From: Candidatus Zixiibacteriota bacterium
Lineage (GTDB): Bacteria; Zixibacteria; MSB-5A5; UBA10806; 4484-95
Length of the DNA: 64,000 nucleotides
Reading direction: 5' to 3'
NCBI GenBank assembly: GCA_037441845.1
Contig: JBBIRK010000006.1
Span: 160,001 to 224,000, forward strand
The translations under genes and the position numbers were made by a program. Under the pieces are notes generated by a model, which was not told the DNA's origin, did no database searches, and saw only the letters and a list, made by a program, of their open reading frames with translations. Positions 19,740-29,467 of this stretch are shown piece after piece. Position 1 is the stretch's first letter. Every line of letters starts with the position of its first letter.

Positions 19740-21035
19740 TTAATTCCTCCCCGCAGTCACATTTATCGCTTTGAGCGCCGCTCCGGTGGCATCTCTTACC
19801 GAATCGGCTACGTCCGCCGGCCTCAAAGCCGTCCCGGCGCCGATTATCCCCGACTTTTGCTGGGGCACGAAAAATCCATACGGGTCGATTTGCAGATTAA
19901 GCGCCGGTGCATCTGCGGCGGTATTAGGAACCATGCCGACCGCCAACACGGCCATCTCGACCTCGTAATCGCAGGTACTGCCGGTTAGTGTGTCTTCTGC
20001 CGTCAGCACCAGATTTCCGTTGGCATCGTTGCGGGTGATTTTGCCCACCTTGCCGCGGTGAAAATGCAATTTCGGATCCTGTTTCGCCTTGGAGTAGAAA
20101 TCCTCAAGACGTCCCGGAGATCTTATATCTATGTAAAAGATATGAATATCCGCTTCCGGATACCGGGCTCTTACGTACGATGCCTGTTTCATCGAGGCCA
20201 AGCAGCAGACGGCCGAACAATAGGGGAGATGATTCTCATCGCGGGAACCGGCGCATTGCACGAAACCGATGCTCGAAATCTCCTTGCCGTCCGATGGCTT
20301 TACGATTTTACCGCCGTAGGGACCGTTTTCCGAGGCAATTCTTTCCATCATCACGTTGGTGATGACATCGGGATATTTGCCGAATCCGAGATTGTCCAGC
20401 CGTTTGGCGTCATATGGCCTCCAGCCGGTCGCCCAAACTATCGCTTTGGCATTGACCGTTATCTGAATCGGCCGCATGTCGAAATCGATCGCGCCGTATT
20501 CGCATACTTCGGCGCATTTCCTCACTCGGGGATCATTGACATAATTGCCGTCGATAACATACCTGAACGGATAAGCCATCAAGTGCGGCAGATAAATCGC
20601 CTTGGTTTGATCGAGGCCGTAATTGAAAGTGTTGGGAATGCTTACTTCGCAGGCCTCGGCGCACTTGCCGCAGGCGGTGCATTTTTCATTAATATAGCGT
20701 GGATTTATTTTGATCGACGCCTTGTACGAGCCCGGTGCACCCTCGACCGATTGAATCTCCGTCAATGTCAGGACCTTGATGTAGTTGCTGTTTTTGATCC
20801 TTTTCAGATTGATCTCCAATCCGCAGGTGGGGGGGCACATTTTCGGAAAGTACTGATTGGTGGCGGCAACCCGACCGCCCAGCGAGGGCTGCGATTCGAT
20901 CAACAGCGCGTGATGAAACGTCTCCGCCAACTCGATCGCCGCGGTGATCCCCGCAATGCCGCCCCCGACTATCAACGCGTCGGTGTTGATTGTTGAGCCT
21001 GATTTTAGTTGATTTTCATGGATAATTTGGGTCAT
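19740..21035 (-). CDS. qmoA: QmoA (HdrA-like flavoprotein)
   Basis: VGGGIAG, YFPKMCPPTCGLEIN, ferredoxin insert CTACGKCAEAC, FVQCAGSRDENHLPYCSAVCC. Confidence 0.94.
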   Translation of the reverse strand: MTQIIHENQLKSGSTINTDALIVGGGIAGITAAIELAETFHHALLIESQPSLGGRVAATNQYFPKMCPPTCGLEINLKRIKNSNYIKVLTLTEIQSVEGAPGSYKASIKINPRYINEKCTACGKCAEACEVSIPNTFNYGLDQTKAIYLPHLMAYPFRYVIDGNYVNDPRVRKCAEVCEYGAIDFDMRPIQITVNAKAIVWATGWRPYDAKRLDNLGFGKYPDVITNVMMERIASENGPYGGKIVKPSDGKEISSIGFVQCAGSRDENHLPYCSAVCCLASMKQASYVRARYPEADIHIFYIDIRSPGRLEDFYSKAKQDPKLHFHRGKVGKITRNDANGNLVLTAEDTLTGSTCDYEVEMAVLAVGMVPNTAADAPALNLQIDPYGFFVPQQKSGIIGAGTALRPADVADSVRDATGAALKAINVTAGRN

Positions 21036-21106
21036 ATAATTCTCCTTAAACCCTTATTCCCGCAACAAATGCTGGTATTCTCCAAACCCGAAGACTATAC
21101 CGCAAT

Positions 21107-21124
21107 TTGTGAAATAATTAACAA
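21107..21124. promoter_or_regulatory. Rex-like operator in the qmoA leader
   Basis: TTGTGAA-ATAA-TTAACAA, 1 mismatch to the Rex palindrome. Confidence 0.7.
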
Positions 21125-21176
21125 TACCGGGCAAAAAAATCACCGTAAGGTTCTGCAGATTTTCCATAGCCGCTTC

Positions 21177-21206
21177 AAATTAACAATCGCTAATTTCATA
21201 TGTCAA
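21177..21206 (-). promoter_or_regulatory. Putative sigma70 promoter for qmoAB
   Basis: Minus strand TTGACA-N18-TAATTT with an extended -10 TG. Confidence 0.5.
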
Positions 21207-21273
21207 GCAATAATCCGATTTTTTATCCCGATCATGGTCAACTTATATCATATTAGGAGATTCATTTTTTTTC

Positions 21274-21302
21274 TTGACAGGCTTTGTGAAAAAAAATACA
21301 TT
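21274..21302 (+). promoter_or_regulatory. Putative sigma70 promoter for sat-aprBA, overlapped by a degenerate Rex site
   Basis: TTGACA-N17-TACATT; TTGTGAA half-site at 21284 lies in the spacer. Confidence 0.62.
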
Positions 21303-21362
21303 TCCCCCAAGAAATGAAATTTTGGGGAAATCGGCGCCGAGCTGGATTTTTTTGGTGATACA

Positions 21363-21380
21363 TTGTGAAAAAAATAACAA
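21363..21380. promoter_or_regulatory. Rex-like operator in the sat leader
   Basis: TTGTGAA-AAAA-ATAACAA, 2 mismatches. Confidence 0.62.
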
Positions 21381-21497
21381 GAATATTGGCCGCTCAATCT
21401 TTCTTTTCCCCGGTTTTCACGCCGATCCGCTTGCTCGATCAATCGAATTTATTCCATCGATATTAATCGAAACAACTAAAAGGTGACAGGAAGGCCT

Positions 21498-22724
21498 ATG
21501 CAAAAAACAAAATTAATATCCCCTCACGGAAGCAAGACGCTGAAAACGCTTCTGCTCGAGGGCAAGGCCAGAGAGGATGAACTTAAAAAAGCGCAAAAAC
21601 TGCCGAAAGTAACCATCACCTCGCGGGAAACCGGTGATCTGATAATGCTCGGTATCGGCGGTTTCACCCCTCTCGATGGCTTCATGGGATATGACGACTG
21701 GAAAGGCGTCTGCCAAGACATGAAAATGACCAACGGCATTTTCTGGCCGATCCCGATTACCATGTCCCATTCGGAAAAAATCAGTCCCGGAACCGAAATC
21801 TGCCTGATTTCCGAAGAAACCAAGGAAATCATGGGCACCATGAAAGTCACCGAATCCTACAAAATCGATAAGGACTTCGAGTGCAAAAACGTCTTCCGCA
21901 CCAACGATCCCGAACATCCGGGCGTGAAGATGGTGGCCGAGCAGAAAGAATGGAATATCGCCGGACCGGTGAAAGTTCTATCTGAAAGCTATTTCCCCAC
22001 CGAGTTCGCCGGTATCTACCAAAGACCGGCCGAAAGCCGGAAAATCTTCGAGGAAAAGGGATGGAAAACCATCGCCGCCCTCCAGCTCCGCAATCCGATG
22101 CATCGCTCCCATGAATACCTCGCCAAAATCGCCATCGAGGTTTCCGACGGCCTTTACATTCACCAACTGGTCGGCAAACTGAAACCGGGCGATATACCGG
22201 CGGATGTCAGGGTCAAATGCATAGATACCCTCGTAAATCTTTACTTCGTTAAAGAACGCGTGGTTTGCGGCGGTTACCCGCTGGATATGCGTTACGCCGG
22301 TCCGCGCGAGGGATTGCTTCATGCCGTTTTCAGACAGAATTTCGGCTGCACTCACATGATTATCGGCCGCGATCATGCCGGCGTCGGCAATTATTACGGC
22401 CCATTCGATGCCCAAGAGATATTCTACCAGCTCTGGGACGGCGCTCTCGAATGCAAAATGCTCCCGATCGACTGGACTTTCTGGTGCTACAAATGCGGCG
22501 GAATGGCTTCGATGAAAACCTGCCCGCACGGCAAAGAAGATCGGCTGCTTTTGAGCGGCACCGCGCTGAGAAAAGGCCTATCCGAGGGCGGCGACATTCC
22601 GCCCGAATTCAGCCGCAAGGAAGTGCTGGATATCCTCCGCGAATATTATGCCGGGCTGACCGAAAAAGTCGAAATCAAACTTCACGGCCATGCCACCGGA
22701 GAAGCGGATACGAAGAGAAAATAA
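21498..22724 (+). CDS. sat: Sulfate adenylyltransferase (dissimilatory ATP sulfurylase)
   Basis: [61 protein letters not shown]. Start taken at ATG 21498 after AGGAAGG. Confidence 0.97.
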   Translation: MQKTKLISPHGSKTLKTLLLEGKAREDELKKAQKLPKVTITSRETGDLIMLGIGGFTPLDGFMGYDDWKGVCQDMKMTNGIFWPIPITMSHSEKISPGTEICLISEETKEIMGTMKVTESYKIDKDFECKNVFRTNDPEHPGVKMVAEQKEWNIAGPVKVLSESYFPTEFAGIYQRPAESRKIFEEKGWKTIAALQLRNPMHRSHEYLAKIAIEVSDGLYIHQLVGKLKPGDIPADVRVKCIDTLVNLYFVKERVVCGGYPLDMRYAGPREGLLHAVFRQNFGCTHMIIGRDHAGVGNYYGPFDAQEIFYQLWDGALECKMLPIDWTFWCYKCGGMASMKTCPHGKEDRLLLSGTALRKGLSEGGDIPPEFSRKEVLDILREYYAGLTEKVEIKLHGHATGEADTKRK

Positions 22725-22755
22725 ATCGATAGCTTAAACGATACAGGAGGTTTGA

Positions 22756-23196
22756 ATGCCGAGTTATGTGATTTTCGACAAATGTGATGGTTGCAAGGCG
22801 CTCGATAAAACGGCCTGCCAGTATATTTGTCCGAATGACTTGATGGTGCTTAACAAAGAAAAAATGAAAGCCTACAATCAAGAGCCGGAAATGTGCTGGG
22901 AGTGCTATAGCTGCGTGAAGATCTGCCCCGTCCAGGCGATCGAAATCCGCGGCTATGCCGATTTCGTGCCGTTGGGTGCCAGTGTCACCCCCATGAGAAG
23001 CAGCGATTCGATCATGTGGACCGTCAAGTTCCGCAACGGAATGCTGAAAAGATTCAAATTCCCGATTCGCACTACTCCGGAGGGTCAGGCCAAACCGGAC
23101 GGCGGCTTTGCCACCGCTCACGACGATCTGAACAGCCAAGTCCTGGCCCAAGAGCCCGAGGCGCTGAGAACCAACGAAGTTTACACCATTAAGTAA
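22756..23196 (+). CDS. aprB: Adenylylsulfate reductase beta subunit
   Basis: MPSYV...CDGCK...TACQYICPNDLM, CWECYSCVKICP, WTVKFRNG, FPIRTTPEG. Confidence 0.97.
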   Translation: MPSYVIFDKCDGCKALDKTACQYICPNDLMVLNKEKMKAYNQEPEMCWECYSCVKICPVQAIEIRGYADFVPLGASVTPMRSSDSIMWTVKFRNGMLKRFKFPIRTTPEGQAKPDGGFATAHDDLNSQVLAQEPEALRTNEVYTIK

Positions 23197-23216
23197 TAAG
23201 TCGGAGGAAGCTGAAT

Positions 23217-25142
23217 ATGTCTCAAAAATTTGAAACCGTAAAAGTAACGACAGATCTGCTTATTCTTGGTGGTGGCATGGCGGCATGCGGCGCTGCGGTC
23301 GAGGCCTCATACTGGGCCAAGAAAAAGGGCTTGAAAGTAACGCTTGTCGACAAGGCGGCCATGGATCGTTCCGGCGCAGTCGCCATGGGCTTGTCGGCGC
23401 TCAATCAATATGTCGGCCTCCACGAGGGCAAAAATACGGTCAAGGATTACGTGGATTACGTGCGTATGGACTTGATGGGCGTAGTCAGGGAAGACCTCGT
23501 CGCCAATATCGCCCGCCACGTCGATTCGACCGTCCACCTCTTCGAAAAATGGGGTCTGCCGATCTGGAAAGACGAAAAAGGCGGCTATGTCCATGAAGGA
23601 CGTTGGCAGTTGATGATCAACGGCGAATCCTACAAGGTCGTTATCGCCGAGGCGGCCAAAAACGCGCTTGCCCAAGCCGGCGGCCAGTATTTCGAACGCA
23701 TCTTCATCACCGAACCGCTGTTGGATGGCGATCGCATTGCCGGCGCCATCGGTTTCAGTGTCCGCGAAAACAAATTCTACGTGTTCAATGCCAAGGCGAC
23801 AATAGTGGCCATGGGCGGCGCCGTGCATGTGTTCAAACCACGCAGCACCGGCGAGGGTCTCGGGCGCGCCTGGTATCCACCCTGGAATTCGGGTTCGAGC
23901 GCTTACTTCACCATCAAAGCCGGCGCCGAAATGACCAGCCAGGAAGTCCGCTTCATCCCCGTTCGTTTCAAAGACGCATACGGACCGGTCGGTGCCTGGT
24001 TCCTGCTCTTCAAGTCGAGAGCGACCAATGCAATGGGCGGCGACTATATGGTCGAGCGGGTTGACGAATTGCAAAGATGGAAACCTTACGGCCTGGTGAA
24101 ACCTATCCCGGCCAACCTGCGCAATTGGCTCGGCATGATGGATACCATGGAAGGCAAAGGCCCGATCTACATGCGCACCGAAGAAGCGATCAACAAGATA
24201 GCCAAGGCTGCCGGCGATGAAAAAGAAGCCAAGAAAAAACTCAAAGAGCTGGAAGCCGAAGCTTGGGAAGACTTCCTCGACATGACCATTTCGCAGGCGA
24301 TCCTCTGGGCTTCAACCAATGTCGAGCCCGAGGTGAAGTCATCCGAAATCGCCGCCGCCGAACCGTATTTCATCGGTTCCCATTCCGGCGCATCCGGCGC
24401 CTGGGTCAGCGGTCCCGAGGATCTCCAGACTCCCGAAACCAAGAAGGAATACTTCTGGGGCTACAGCCACATGTCCACCGTCAAGGGTATGTTCTGCGCC
24501 GGCGATGCTTCGGGTGCCTCGTCGCATAAATTTTCCTCCGGTTCGCATGCCGAGGGCAGAATCGTGGGCAAAGCGGCAATCAAGTTCATCGTCGAAAACA
24601 ACACCCTGCCCAAAATCAACGACGCTGAGGTCGAAGCATTGAAGGCCGCGGTTTACAAGCCGCTGGAGAATTTCGAAAAATTCAAAGGCGCCACCACCGA
24701 TCCCGATATCAACCCCAATTACATCCGGCCGAAGATGTTCATGTTCCGCCTGCAAAAAATAATGGATGAATATGTTGGCGGCGTCTCGGCTCAGTTCTCC
24801 ACCAATAAGGCTTGCCTCGATCGGGCGCTCGAATTGATCGGCTATCTCAAGGAAGACAGCGAAAAACTGGCGGCCAAAGACCTTCACGAACTCATGCGTT
24901 GCTGGGAAAACGTCCAGAGGATGTGGCAGGCGGAAGCTCACGCTCGCACCATTCAGTTCCGCGAGGAAACAAGATGGCCGGGCTATTACCGCCGCGCCGA
25001 TTTCCCCACCATGGACGAGAAAAACTGGCATTGCTTCGCCAACTGCCGCTGGGACCGCAACAAAAAGAGCTGGGAAATGATCAAACGGCCGATGCTTCAT
25101 ATCTATCCCCAGCCACAAGAACACGAGTTGCTTGGCGGTTAG
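23217..25142 (+). CDS. aprA: Adenylylsulfate reductase alpha subunit
   Basis: ILGGGMAACG, RSGAVAMGLSA, WQLMINGESYK, GPVGAWFLLFK, WEDFLDMT, HKFSSGSHAEGR, REETRWPG. Confidence 0.98.
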   Translation: MSQKFETVKVTTDLLILGGGMAACGAAVEASYWAKKKGLKVTLVDKAAMDRSGAVAMGLSALNQYVGLHEGKNTVKDYVDYVRMDLMGVVREDLVANIARHVDSTVHLFEKWGLPIWKDEKGGYVHEGRWQLMINGESYKVVIAEAAKNALAQAGGQYFERIFITEPLLDGDRIAGAIGFSVRENKFYVFNAKATIVAMGGAVHVFKPRSTGEGLGRAWYPPWNSGSSAYFTIKAGAEMTSQEVRFIPVRFKDAYGPVGAWFLLFKSRATNAMGGDYMVERVDELQRWKPYGLVKPIPANLRNWLGMMDTMEGKGPIYMRTEEAINKIAKAAGDEKEAKKKLKELEAEAWEDFLDMTISQAILWASTNVEPEVKSSEIAAAEPYFIGSHSGASGAWVSGPEDLQTPETKKEYFWGYSHMSTVKGMFCAGDASGASSHKFSSGSHAEGRIVGKAAIKFIVENNTLPKINDAEVEALKAAVYKPLENFEKFKGATTDPDINPNYIRPKMFMFRLQKIMDEYVGGVSAQFSTNKACLDRALELIGYLKEDSEKLAAKDLHELMRCWENVQRMWQAEAHARTIQFREETRWPGYYRRADFPTMDEKNWHCFANCRWDRNKKSWEMIKRPMLHIYPQPQEHELLGG

Positions 25143-25183
25143 ATTTACGGTGCTTGGAAGGGAATCATTCCCTTGGTGAATGG

Positions 25184-25221
25184 AGAATCCTCCGGTGGAT
25201 GCCGGAGGATTCTTGATTTTT
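25184..25221 (+). terminator. Intrinsic terminator after aprA
   Basis: AGAATCCTCCGG-TGGATG-CCGGAGGATTCT followed by TGATTTTT. Confidence 0.8.
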
Positions 25222-25448
25222 AGGCGGACCTTCATCGGAGGCCGAATCGCCGGTTGGCGGAAATGCCTTTGGCTGAAATGAGCGGCGATTCCCGATTGTC
25301 TTAGGTGGGCCTGAAAGGCGATGTTCGGTGTTTTTTCGAATCGGTTTCAAGACCGATGATTGACTTTGACCGCCGATTGACTATATTGTTTACGATCGCC
25401 CCGGACTTAAATTACGATGCCTTGATTTAGGGCCGATACCGGAGGAAG

Positions 25449-25718
25449 ATGATGACGAACGATAGCAAATTGAATTGCCCGCACTGCGGAAAATCGTTGA
25501 ACAAATGGATGCCGCCCATTGAATCATCTTGGGGTCAAAACCCCCAGTACGTATGTTTCAACGACGAATGCCCTTATTATGTCCGCGGCTGGGAGTGGAT
25601 GAAGAATCAATTTCAACAACATGCCTCTTACCGTCACCGCTATAATCCGGCCAACGGGGAGGAGGGGCCGCTGCCCGTCTGGTCGCCCGAGGCATTGAAA
25701 GACGGAATCATCAAATAA
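25449..25718 (+). CDS. Small Cys-rich zinc-ribbon (Ogr/Delta-like) protein
   Basis: CPHCG...[18 protein letters not shown]; candidate promoter TTGACT-N16-TATATT at 25360-25387. Confidence 0.75.
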   Translation: MMTNDSKLNCPHCGKSLNKWMPPIESSWGQNPQYVCFNDECPYYVRGWEWMKNQFQQHASYRHRYNPANGEEGPLPVWSPEALKDGIIK

Positions 25719-25729
25719 ATGGATAGAAC

Positions 25730-26542
25730 ATGGAAGAAATCGAAAAACTGAAAAAAACGATACTCGCCGAGTATCCGAGATTGAATCGCGCAAACGAGTT
25801 TTCTTTCAAATGCCATCCCGGGGTCAGCTGTTTCAACGTTTGCTGCGCCGATGTCAATATCTTTCTGACCCCTTACGATATCCTGAGGTTGAAACATAAT
25901 TTGGGCATCTCCTCCGAAAAGTTCCTTTCGGACTATACGATCTCTCCTTTCGACGAAAAGCTGAAATATCCTATCGTGATGTTGAAAATGGAGGATGACG
26001 AACGCAAGAGCTGTCCCTTCGTCGGCCCGGATGGCTGCCGAGTATATGCCGATCGACCCTGGGCCTGCCGCATGTATCCTTTGGGTCTTGCCTCGCCGAA
26101 AGAAAACAGCGGAATAGCGGACGATGAGTTTTATTTCTTATTGCAGGAGGATATCTGTCGGGGATTCGAGGAAAATCGCCGTTTAAGCGTGGCTGAATGG
26201 ATCGACGAACAGGGAATCGCCGAATACGACGAGATGGGTAAATATCATAAAGAGCTTACCCTTCATGATTTTTTCCAAAAAGAAGGAAACAACCTCACTC
26301 CGGCCAAAATAGAAATGTTTTTCCTGACTTGCTACAATCTCGACCAATTCCGGGAATTCGTTTTCGGCAGCAGTTTTCTGGAAAAGTTCGATATCGACAC
26401 GGAGACCCAAACCACCATCAAAGACAATGACGTCGAGCTGCTGAAATTCGGATACCGTTGGCTGAAATTCGCTCTATTCGGCGAAAAAACCATGAAAATA
26501 AAAGATGAAATAATTTCAAAGATAAAGTCGGGGAATTCATGA
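25730..26542 (+). CDS. YkgJ/FliB-family cysteine-cluster (CxxCxxCC-type) protein
   Basis: FKCHPGVSCFNVCC.D...LTPYD, CPFV...GCRVYADRPWACRMYPL, CRGF. Confidence 0.85.
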   Translation: MEEIEKLKKTILAEYPRLNRANEFSFKCHPGVSCFNVCCADVNIFLTPYDILRLKHNLGISSEKFLSDYTISPFDEKLKYPIVMLKMEDDERKSCPFVGPDGCRVYADRPWACRMYPLGLASPKENSGIADDEFYFLLQEDICRGFEENRRLSVAEWIDEQGIAEYDEMGKYHKELTLHDFFQKEGNNLTPAKIEMFFLTCYNLDQFREFVFGSSFLEKFDIDTETQTTIKDNDVELLKFGYRWLKFALFGEKTMKIKDEIISKIKSGNS

Positions 26543-26590
26543 TTTCCGGCGGTTCTAAGTTAGGTGATTAGATAACGCCATCGGCCCTTG

Positions 26591-27268
26591 CTATCTGACC
26601 CGCAATCCCGCTATTTTCACCGCACCTCTATGATAACCGTCGGGGAACAACCTTTCCATATCCGCCAAATCGATCTTATTATCCTTACACGTTTCATAAA
26701 TCGTCGGCACGGTTTTATTTTCGGCGTATTTCTGCCTTAAGTAGGTTATCACTTTCCAATGTTCCTTGGTGAGAGGGACTTTCATCTCATAAGCGCGGTT
26801 GACCGCGAACACCTCGTCCCAATCTTTCGGGTTGACCAAAAATCCCCGGGAATCGATCCGATAAGTTTTGGAATCGTATTCCGATTCGAAACGTTTGTAG
26901 TTTTCTTTCAGCCAGAAATGTTGAATATAGGCTTCCCGATAAGTGATGCCGGCCAGCCTGCAGGCTCCGCGCAAATAACCGGTGGGAAATAATTGCTGCA
27001 GTTCCCCCAGACCGAGATTGTTTTTTTTGCAGGCGACATATACCAGCGGGCAGCTGTTCATCGTGGCGAATGAATTCCGGATAAAGTGGATCACTTTCCA
27101 ATGGCTGTCCGTCAAACCGACCGTGATTTTAACCGCCGGCGCAAGGGCTCTGGCGAAATCCTCATCCCATTTGGAGGGGTCGATCAGATAACCTTGCGCA
27201 TCGATCGGATACCTCTTCGACTTGAAATAAAGATATTTGGGTTTGGCCGATTTCTTTCGAACGCTCAT
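26591..27268 (-). CDS. Tandem two-domain DsrC/TusE-family protein
   Basis: Two repeats of IDxxG(Y/F)L..P..WDE.FA...LT..HWKVI..(I/L)R...LFP.GY.RGA. The first ends GACRLAG, the second GAVKIAG; no C-terminal Cys. Confidence 0.88.
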   Translation of the reverse strand: MSVRKKSAKPKYLYFKSKRYPIDAQGYLIDPSKWDEDFARALAPAVKITVGLTDSHWKVIHFIRNSFATMNSCPLVYVACKKNNLGLGELQQLFPTGYLRGACRLAGITYREAYIQHFWLKENYKRFESEYDSKTYRIDSRGFLVNPKDWDEVFAVNRAYEMKVPLTKEHWKVITYLRQKYAENKTVPTIYETCKDNKIDLADMERLFPDGYHRGAVKIAGLRVR

Positions 27269-27362
27269 ACACCGATTCCACGAAACCCCGTCGCCTTTTC
27301 ACCGCAGGCCTATTCCGAAAACGCTTTTCCACCGCTTCACAAGTAAGGCCGCACATTCGAAA

Positions 27363-27800
27363 TCAAGCGTAGGGATACATCCCCTTCTTGATCTGCTCGA
27401 GATTTTTCAAAATCTCGCTGTGCTTTCTTTCGTCGATCAATAGGTAATCCAGAAGATATTCCTGAACCAGCATCTTTTTACCGCGCAGTGCGGATAGGGC
27501 TTCCTCGGCGAGCTTGATCGTCTGGCTTTCGAGTTCGATATGATGCGCGATCATGCTCCATACTTTGGCGACTTCGTCGGGAGAAAGCGCCACCGCCTTG
27601 CCCTCAAGCGTCGAGGCGATGAACTCCTGCACTCGGTAATGCATCTGCGAATCCCGCTGGATAATTTCCATGATTAACCTGACGATCGGGTTGTCCGTTT
27701 TTTCGATAATGTTGCCGGTCGAGGCTATCGAGGCGTTCTCGATTTTCTGCCAGCGTTTCATGTTGTCAAGAATTTGCTGTTGCACTTCTTTGGTTGACAT
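27363..27800 (-). CDS. Small ferritin-like four-helix-bundle protein
   Basis: Start taken at ATG 27800 after AAGGA; helical, with KIE...RDSQMH and ELE...IDERKH carboxylate/His pattern. Confidence 0.65.
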   Translation of the reverse strand: MSTKEVQQQILDNMKRWQKIENASIASTGNIIEKTDNPIVRLIMEIIQRDSQMHYRVQEFIASTLEGKAVALSPDEVAKVWSMIAHHIELESQTIKLAEEALSALRGKKMLVQEYLLDYLLIDERKHSEILKNLEQIKKGMYPYA

Positions 27801-27850
27801 ATTTGAGTCCTTTCCTTGAGATTGCTTTGATAAAAGATTTCCTATTCGGT

Positions 27851-29467
27851 TTAATGCCATTCCCAGGTGAGGAACGGCTCCTTTATATCGGTCATGGCGT
27901 TGACTATCAATTCCACCAGCCCGCCGTATAAGATGTTGCACTTTTCGAACACCCCGTATGCGGAGAACAACTCACGAATCTGTCCTTTGCAATTTGAGCA
28001 CGGCGCACAAACGTATTTTTTATGCTCGGGGCCGATTATATCCTGGAACACATCCAAAACTTGCTTCAACTTCGCCCTTCCCGCAACGCTGTGCCGCCAG
28101 TCCGGGAAATTGGAATTGGGCATGATCGCAAATCCGCTGCCGCCGCCGCAGCAATAATTATATACTCCATGCGGCGTCATCTCCCTGAAATTGGGGCAAA
28201 TCGCCCGCAGTATCTCTCTTTGCGGCTCCACGATTCCCATCAAGCGGACCACGTTGCAGGGGTCGTGTAAGGTGACGTGAAAATCGGCGTTCCGCTGCGG
28301 ATCGAGTTTCAATTTGCCGCTCAAAACGATATCTCTCAACAAGGTCAGCGAGCTTTCGCGGGGGATATTCAAATCGCCGGCGAATACTCTGTCGGCGACC
28401 ACCGTCATCGCCTTGTGCGAATGGCCGCATTCACCTATCACGATCTTTTTGACTCCCAGCTTCTTGGCCACTTGGGCGTGCCGGATCGCCACTCTCGAAA
28501 ACTGCACATCGTCATACCAGACGCCGTAATTGACACCGTCGTAACCCAAAAGATCGCTCGACAAAGTGTAGCTTATACCGGCGGCCTCCAAAATTATGGC
28601 GAAAGCCTCCGGATTCTCCGGCCAGGCGAGAAGTTCGCCGGCATTGTGGATTAAAAGCAGCTCCGCTCCCTCTTTATCTATCGGCCACTTGAAATCCATG
28701 CCGGTTTTTTCGCGAATCTCGTCTTCCATGAATTCGATATTGTCTTTGAACGCCACTGGCGTCATGCCGGTCGATGATCCTTTGTCGAGATGCTGAACCG
28801 TTCCCAACTCGTGTACCTGCTTCGGCGCTATCCCCATCTCCTGGCTGAATATTTTGCGCAGTTCATGAGTAACCAAGCCGTTGTCGGCGCCTATCGGGCA
28901 GGTCTGGGCGCAACGGCGACATAGCGTGCAGCGATACGACAGCTCGATCAATCGAGCGATCATTTCCCACGATGCCTCGATATAATCTCCGCTCAATCGG
29001 GAAAGAAATGCACCGCCTTGTTTGACATACCGCTTGTAAAGCTGCCTTAAAATCTGCGCCCTGAATGTGGGTCTATAGATTTCTATCTCTCCGGATTGTT
29101 GAAATATCGGGCAGGCCTGCGAACAGGTCTGACAGCGCGCGCAATACTCGACTGTCAAAAGCAGCGGCTGTAAAAACGTCCAGTTGTTCTCTTTGGAAAA
29201 CAGCTTGGACAAACCCGAAAGGAATTTCTCTACCAGCTGCCGTTTCTCGTTTTCGTCTTTCGGTTTGGGCAGCAACACAGCCGACACGCCATCCAGACCG
29301 CATTCGTATTTGCTCATCTGGTCTGCGGATAATTTTTTGATCTTCGGCTCGAGCTCGAGCTTGTTATAGGGGGGAGGAAGCGGGATGAATCCGGCCGGAT
29401 CGAGTTCGACCAATTGCTCCACCGGACTATTCATGTCCTTCGGTGTGATATTCCTGTTGTCTTTCAT
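27851..29467 (-). CDS. DsrK/HdrD-like Fe-S (CCG domain) oxidoreductase, paralog 2
   Basis: CARCQTCSQACP, CTLCRRCAQTCP, GECGH, HDPCN, NYCCGGGSG, APCSNC. Start taken at ATG 29467, overlapping the upstream stop (ATGA). Confidence 0.9.
   Translation of the reverse strand: MKDNRNITPKDMNSPVEQLVELDPAGFIPLPPPYNKLELEPKIKKLSADQMSKYECGLDGVSAVLLPKPKDENEKRQLVEKFLSGLSKLFSKENNWTFLQPLLLTVEYCARCQTCSQACPIFQQSGEIEIYRPTFRAQILRQLYKRYVKQGGAFLSRLSGDYIEASWEMIARLIELSYRCTLCRRCAQTCPIGADNGLVTHELRKIFSQEMGIAPKQVHELGTVQHLDKGSSTGMTPVAFKDNIEFMEDEIREKTGMDFKWPIDKEGAELLLIHNAGELLAWPENPEAFAIILEAAGISYTLSSDLLGYDGVNYGVWYDDVQFSRVAIRHAQVAKKLGVKKIVIGECGHSHKAMTVVADRVFAGDLNIPRESSLTLLRDIVLSGKLKLDPQRNADFHVTLHDPCNVVRLMGIVEPQREILRAICPNFREMTPHGVYNYCCGGGSGFAIMPNSNFPDWRHSVAGRAKLKQVLDVFQDIIGPEHKKYVCAPCSNCKGQIRELFSAYGVFEKCNILYGGLVELIVNAMTDIKEPFLTWEWH

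Noticed and set aside
17933..20996. Plus-strand ORFs of 298 and 312 aa over qmoAB, considered as a hidden qmoC
   Set aside because: Antisense, with no transmembrane cytochrome b or ferredoxin motifs.
23307..25235. Long minus-strand ORFs (255 and 298 aa) over aprA
   Set aside because: Antisense to a strongly codon-biased gene; such open shadow frames are expected.
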